Source: Truepera sp.
Lineage (GTDB): Bacteria; Deinococcota; Deinococci; Deinococcales; Trueperaceae
Reading direction: 5' to 3'
Length of the DNA stretch: 64,000 nt
Assembly (NCBI GenBank): GCA_965218435.1
Contig: CBDCKW010000009.1
Location: forward strand, 960,001-1,024,000
The translations under genes were made by a program, and so were the position numbers. Below the pieces are notes generated by a model, which had not been told where the DNA came from, made no database searches, and worked only from the letters and a program-made list of their open reading frames with translations. Shown piece by piece: positions 59,431 to 64,000 of this stretch (the stretch's first letter is position 1; each line of letters starts with the position of its first letter).

Positions 59431-59877
59431 ATGGAGAGACCTATGCTTGAAAACGAACCTCAGCGTCTTATGCTTTCCCTCTGGCACCTGCATGAAATTC
59501 TGGTTGCACGCGTTGACAACCGGTTAAAGGAGGAGCAGGGGGCAAGTCTGCGTGAATACCTGCTCCTGACTTTCGTTGAAGGGGGCGTCAACCGAACGGG
59601 TGACATCGCCAGAACCCTCAACCTCCCCGGTTACGCTGCGAGCCGCATGATCGAACCTCTTTGGCGCACGGGTCTGCTCGAGCGTACGGTCGATGTGGCC
59701 GACGCGCGCAGCTTCAACCTGTCGCTGAGTAAAACGGGTGAAGCCCGGTTGCGAGAGGCCGAGCGCGTTGTATTCGGCGAACTCGGTACACTGTTAGAAG
59801 GGTTCGAGCCCGAGCGGCGTCAAGCGTTTCTGACGATGTTAGAGGATTTAACCACCTTAGCTCGGAAGCTCGGTTAA
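59431..59877 (+). CDS. MarR-family regulator
   Basis: wHTH, DARSF..LS..G; divergent from the P450. Confidence 0.88.
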   Translation: MERPMLENEPQRLMLSLWHLHEILVARVDNRLKEEQGASLREYLLLTFVEGGVNRTGDIARTLNLPGYAASRMIEPLWRTGLLERTVDVADARSFNLSLSKTGEARLREAERVVFGELGTLLEGFEPERRQAFLTMLEDLTTLARKLG

Positions 59878-60356
59878 GTATAAAAGTGGACCCCTAAAAG
59901 TGGCGATGGGCCGGAGGACGGGGTCAACGCTGCCTTACATCAAAATGTGATGCGACAAGCTCTCTGTGGGAGCAGCTCTATACCTACGCCTACGCTCCGC
60001 TAAGCGAGGCCGACAGCTACCGCCGCACTGCCGACCCGCGCGGCGGCTACTATGTTCGGCTCGTCTATGGTGACGGCGAAGCGGACGCCAAAAAGCGGGT
60101 GTCCCAAATTGCGTAAACATATTCGAGCCGTCAGACAAGTATAGTTTTTTACACCCAGGCGAAGGCTGCTGCGTTTACACTGCCGTTGGCGGTTTCAGCC
60201 TTGGCCGGTTACGCCGCAATATATTTTTATCGCTCTACAGGTGGGGACCTGTAGAGCACCTTTTTGGGACACCAGCCCGCCGCACCTTGCAAAAGGCTAA
60301 CTGTACCGAGATAAAAACAGTTTTTGCTGTACCTGCTGACGCAGTATCAGCCCGTT

Positions 60357-61265
60357 TTAGTCAGAGCGTCTAGGCACTTGGTTAGAGCGGCCGCGAGTGT
60401 CCCATGCGGTGTTTTTAGGCGCTGGTCTGCCGGTCTCAGCGGTAAACGCTTCCTTTACACTGAGCACATGAACACCCGCAAGCCGCGTCATCAAGGTAGC
60501 GTCAAGGGAAGTGTCTCGAGGCACAGTGTCTCGAGTTATAGGCGTGTCAGCCGGAAGCGTGTTGGCGTGCAGCGTCTCTGTCGGCACCCCTAAAACGCTC
60601 ATCGCGCCTTGGTAAAAGTCGTAAACGCTCGTCCGTGCGCCGCTGATGTGAACGGTCCCGGTGGTGCTAGAGAGTGTGAGTTTGGCCACGGCCTCGGCAG
60701 CCAATCCAACTTCCATCGGACTTTTGAACATATCCTGCGCGTAGTAGACATCTTCACCTGCCAGAAGACGTCGCTGCACCTCTGAAAGTCTAGGGTCAAG
60801 CTCGCCAGCTGAGAAGCCGTAGAGGTAGCTCGGTCTGACGATACAAGCGTTTCTGCAGCTGCCCAGAACGAGGGGCTCGAGCACCGCCAAGTTTCGGCCG
60901 TAGAGCGTGGTGGGTGAAGGTAGGTCTGACTCGTTGTAGTTGCCTTTTGCGCCATCAAAAATAGCGTCGCTCGACAAGTACACGACGCGCTGCGCCGCAC
61001 ACGCCTTAAAAAAGTGCGTTGCCCTCTCTTGGAGTTCCAAAGTCGGCGCATCCGGTTCGACATCTGCGGCAAAGATCACCGTGTCGGCTCCGGTCTGTTC
61101 GAGCAGCGGCGTCACGTCATCGTGCCAAAAGTCAAAGGAAAAGTCGGCTACAGCTTGCTGACAGTACGTGCCGTATACGCTTACGTTTTGTTGACGCAGC
61201 TCAGCCGTCACCGCTCGGCCCAAAAATCCACTTGCGCCGACAACTAGAACCGTCCTCTGTGTCAT
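60357..61265 (-). CDS. RmlD-like SDR / sugar-nucleotide oxidoreductase
   Basis: GASGFLG, YLSSDAIFDG, YNESD.P.P.TLYG; start set at MTQRTV. Confidence 0.85.
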   Translation of the reverse strand: MTQRTVLVVGASGFLGRAVTAELRQQNVSVYGTYCQQAVADFSFDFWHDDVTPLLEQTGADTVIFAADVEPDAPTLELQERATHFFKACAAQRVVYLSSDAIFDGAKGNYNESDLPSPTTLYGRNLAVLEPLVLGSCRNACIVRPSYLYGFSAGELDPRLSEVQRRLLAGEDVYYAQDMFKSPMEVGLAAEAVAKLTLSSTTGTVHISGARTSVYDFYQGAMSVLGVPTETLHANTLPADTPITRDTVPRDTSLDATLMTRLAGVHVLSVKEAFTAETGRPAPKNTAWDTRGRSNQVPRRSD

Positions 61266-61270
61266 ATCGC

Positions 61271-62164
61271 TTATATCGTCCACCAACGCACTTCGTTGTG
61301 CTCGAGTTTTAGCTCTACCCGCCCGGTTTCTCGCAAAAAGCTCAAATACGCACTTACCACACACAAGTTCAGATAGTAACGCGGCAAGTCGTGTATCTCG
61401 AGCCCGAGCGCGTCCGCCGCAGCCTTGAGTACGCCTTCGGTGCTGAGTCCTGTGCAGACCTTTTCAATGGTGTCGGCAGCCCGTGCAAACGCCGCCAGAT
61501 TCGCCTCTACCAACGCCTCAATAGCTTCAGCCGGGTCGCCGTGACCGGGTAAGACGACCCTTGCGCCCAGCTCTGCGACTCGGGCCGCACTCGCCCACTG
61601 TGCGCCGACGTCCTGACCGAACGGCAGCGGGTATTTTTCCAGCACGCTAGCGCCAAAAACCGCGTCGGCTGCGATCAGAACCTCTCCAATTTTGACAGCG
61701 TAGTGCGTGTGTGCGTGCCCGGACGTGTTGATGACGCCCAGCTCGAGCCCCGCCAGCCTCAGCGTTCCCGGTGCTAACAGGCGCGTAACGTGGACGGGTT
61801 TCGCCAGCAACCATTTAGACATGAGTTCGGCGGGCGGTTTGGCTCCGCTAAAAAGGTAGACGGGCTCGAGATACGGGTTTCCGATGATGGCCGCTTCAAA
61901 GGGTGGCGCGTAGACCGGTAAGCCGAAATTTCTGACTAAAAAGTCGTTGCCGCCGTAATGGTCGGCGTGGGCGTGCGTGTTGAGGATGGCGACCGGCGTA
62001 ACCGCGAGAGCCTCACACGCCCTTTTAACCCGTCTGCCCGCATCTTTGTCGCCGCCTGTGTCAATGATGACTGCCTCTTTTTCAGGCCCTACAGCGAGCG
62101 CCATGTTGACGGCTCCCGGCAGATAGTAAACGCCTTCGCCGAGTTCTAAAATATCTTGTGCCAT
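61271..62164 (-). CDS. Metallo-beta-lactamase-fold hydrolase
   Basis: THAHADHYGG, SGH, AAD, PGHG. Confidence 0.92.
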   Translation of the reverse strand: MAQDILELGEGVYYLPGAVNMALAVGPEKEAVIIDTGGDKDAGRRVKRACEALAVTPVAILNTHAHADHYGGNDFLVRNFGLPVYAPPFEAAIIGNPYLEPVYLFSGAKPPAELMSKWLLAKPVHVTRLLAPGTLRLAGLELGVINTSGHAHTHYAVKIGEVLIAADAVFGASVLEKYPLPFGQDVGAQWASAARVAELGARVVLPGHGDPAEAIEALVEANLAAFARAADTIEKVCTGLSTEGVLKAAADALGLEIHDLPRYYLNLCVVSAYLSFLRETGRVELKLEHNEVRWWTI

Positions 62165-62204
62165 AAGTATTGAGTGTAACGTCTAGCCTTAGCAAAACCT
62201 CGTG

Positions 62205-63410
62205 TCAGCTCCGGCGAAACCTCACTAAGTAAAAGCCGTCGAGTCCGCCCAGAGGCAAAATGGTTGACCCTTCCGGCCCGTTGTCGGCGGGCAGGTCGAA
62301 CAAAAACGGTTCAGCTTCAAACTCTGGAAATTTGTCCAGAAACCAACGCGTCTGCTCCGGGCCTTCAGCTTCAGTAAGGGCACATACCGCGTAAACCAAG
62401 ACGCCGCCGGGCGCGGTCAGAGCAGCAGCGGTTCTCAGCAACGCGCGTTGTAAGGCGGCGAGTGAAGCCACCTCGTCCGGGGTGACGCGTCCGCGCAGTT
62501 CCGGGTTGCCGCGCAGGGTGCCGGTGCCGCTGCACGGGGCGTCGAGCAAAACTTTGGGGGCAGGCGTCAGCTCAGGGACGGTGCGGAGGTCATGAACCAG
62601 GCCGGTGGCGTGCAGTCCCAAACGGTTGAGGTTGACTTCGGCCCGCTCGAGTTTGCCCGCGTGCAGTTCAACGCTCGTCACGTCCGCGCCAGCCGCGGCA
62701 AGTTGGGCCGCTTTGACGCCGCTGCCGCTCGCTAGGTCGTACACCCTTTCGCCGGGGGTGGGCTCGAGCAACCGCACCGGCAAGGTTGACGCCGGGTTTT
62801 GCGGCTGCACCCAACCGTTTTGATAAGCCTTGAGCTCAGCTAGAGGTTTTCCCAACCGGACCTGGAGCGTGCCGTCTAAGGGGCCGAACTGAACCTCACA
62901 ACCGTCGGCAATCAGCGCGTGCGTCGCCTCCGGGCTGTAAGACGTGAACCAAAGCGGGTCGGAGTCGTTCATCCCGGCGGCGATACTGCTCGCACGTTCC
63001 AGGCCGAACCGCGTCACCCACTCGCCGTAAAGCCATTTGGGAAGTCCGGCGGCGGTCGCAGGGGGAAGCTCGAGACTTTCTACCCGCCGTAAAACCGCGT
63101 TGGTCAGACCGGAGAGTTTCGGATTCTGTTTTTTGACGATCTCGACCCAGGCATTAGCGACGGCGTATCTGGGTGTGTCACGGTACAGGGTTTCAAATGC
63201 GCCGAGCCTGAGCGCGTCCAAAACCTCAGCTGGGAGTTTATCGGGCCGTTTTAAGAAGGGCTTTAATTGGGCGTCAAGTGCTAGCTCGAGCCGCAGCATC
63301 CCGTAGACGAGTGCGGTGACGAACCCTTTATCTTGTTCGGTAAGAGAACTTTTTGAAAGAGCCGCGGCCAAAGACGGCGCAGAAAATGCGCCGCGGTGGA
63401 CGCGGCGCAA
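62205..63410 (-). CDS. rsmB: RsmB/NOP RNA m5C methyltransferase with NusB domain
   Basis: LVYGMLR, NAVLRR, LDAPCSGTG, YAVC, DGFY; the real start is probably further upstream (see findings). Confidence 0.9.
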   Translation of the reverse strand: MRRVHRGAFSAPSLAAALSKSSLTEQDKGFVTALVYGMLRLELALDAQLKPFLKRPDKLPAEVLDALRLGAFETLYRDTPRYAVANAWVEIVKKQNPKLSGLTNAVLRRVESLELPPATAAGLPKWLYGEWVTRFGLERASSIAAGMNDSDPLWFTSYSPEATHALIADGCEVQFGPLDGTLQVRLGKPLAELKAYQNGWVQPQNPASTLPVRLLEPTPGERVYDLASGSGVKAAQLAAAGADVTSVELHAGKLERAEVNLNRLGLHATGLVHDLRTVPELTPAPKVLLDAPCSGTGTLRGNPELRGRVTPDEVASLAALQRALLRTAAALTAPGGVLVYAVCALTEAEGPEQTRWFLDKFPEFEAEPFLFDLPADNGPEGSTILPLGGLDGFYLVRFRRS

Positions 63411-63436
63411 GACTTCTAAAGCAGTGACTCGAGCGT

Positions 63437-64000
63437 TTATCTGCGGCTGGCCGAGATGAAGTAGAGCAGGTACGCGATTGAGGTCGCGGCGGCGGCCACG
63501 TAGGTCATCGCGGCGGCGGTCAATACGCTCCTTGCACCGCTGCTGTCACGGCTGGTCACGAGCCCCAACTTGTTGAGCTGAACGAGGGCGCGGCGGCTCG
63601 CGTCGAACTCAACGGGGAGCGTAACGATCTGAAACAAGACGGCGGCAGAGAAGAGGACGATACCGATCTGCAAAAGTCCGCCCGCCTGAATAAACAACCC
63701 GAGCGCGGCCAGCATAATCCCAAACTGCGAGCCGATGCCCGCAACCGGCGCGATCGCACTGCGCCACGCTAACGGCGCGTAAGCTTTGGCGTGCTGAATT
63801 GCGTGCCCGACCTCGTGGGCGGCGACCGCCATGCCCGCGACGCTGGCCTTGTCGTAGATACCTTCAGAGAGCCGTACAACCCGGGTACGAGGGTCGTAGT
63901 GGTCACTTAATTGCCCTTTAACTGCTTCGACTTGGACATTGTTGACGTTGTTTGCACTCAAAATCGCCTCAGCGACTTGCCTGCCGGTAAGCCCTGACGA
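63437..64000 (-). CDS. Neutral zinc metallopeptidase (YugP-like), 5'-truncated by the window edge
   Basis: SDHYDP, AAHEVGHAIQ, TLPVEFDASRRA, AAAMTYVA. Confidence 0.92.
   Translation of the reverse strand, partial: SSGLTGRQVAEAILSANNVNNVQVEAVKGQLSDHYDPRTRVVRLSEGIYDKASVAGMAVAAHEVGHAIQHAKAYAPLAWRSAIAPVAGIGSQFGIMLAALGLFIQAGGLLQIGIVLFSAAVLFQIVTLPVEFDASRRALVQLNKLGLVTSRDSSGARSVLTAAAMTYVAAAATSIAYLLYFISASRR

Noticed and set aside
59935..60350. Gene or ncRNA in the MarR-RmlD intergenic region
   Set aside because: Short frames without a credible start or RBS; at most an unidentifiable fragment

Overview
Bacterial chromosomal window, probably Deinococcota (Truepera-like; inferred from gene content and protein style, not verified). 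It has four zones. (1) 1-6.4 kb is a pile-up of mostly dead mobile elements: IS4, an IS630 carrying a truncated group II intron that itself carries an IS3, IS5, and a second IS630 hit by a 163-bp MITE. (2) 7.4-15.1 kb is a general-stress-like operon (aquaporin, membrane proteins, three YsnF/DUF2382 paralogues) divergent from a PAS-LuxR regulator. (3) About 15.75-41.35 kb is a ~25.5-kb integrative element in tRNA-Val(GAC), bounded by a 45-bp att repeat and arm-type repeats. It has a tyrosine integrase, an Xis/primase/DUF3987 replication module, and no capsid or conjugation genes. Its cargo is defence-rich: Type III RM, a Type I RM with HsdM fused to a half HsdS and a Phd-PIN pair between MS and R, a RelE TA co-transcribed with the integrase, a decayed BrnTA, an IS1595 with a P63C passenger, and a small operon with a very acidic peptide. 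(4) 41.3-64 kb is mostly core genes (tRNA-Val, tRNA-Cys, RlmD-like MTase, hisF, trans-sulfuration enzyme, DHS-family, GH43, polA, P450/MarR, rsmB) with a small AT-rich SLATT-like cassette and an IS5. The palindrome CTCGAG is strikingly over-represented. All family calls are from recognising motifs by eye; no searches were run.
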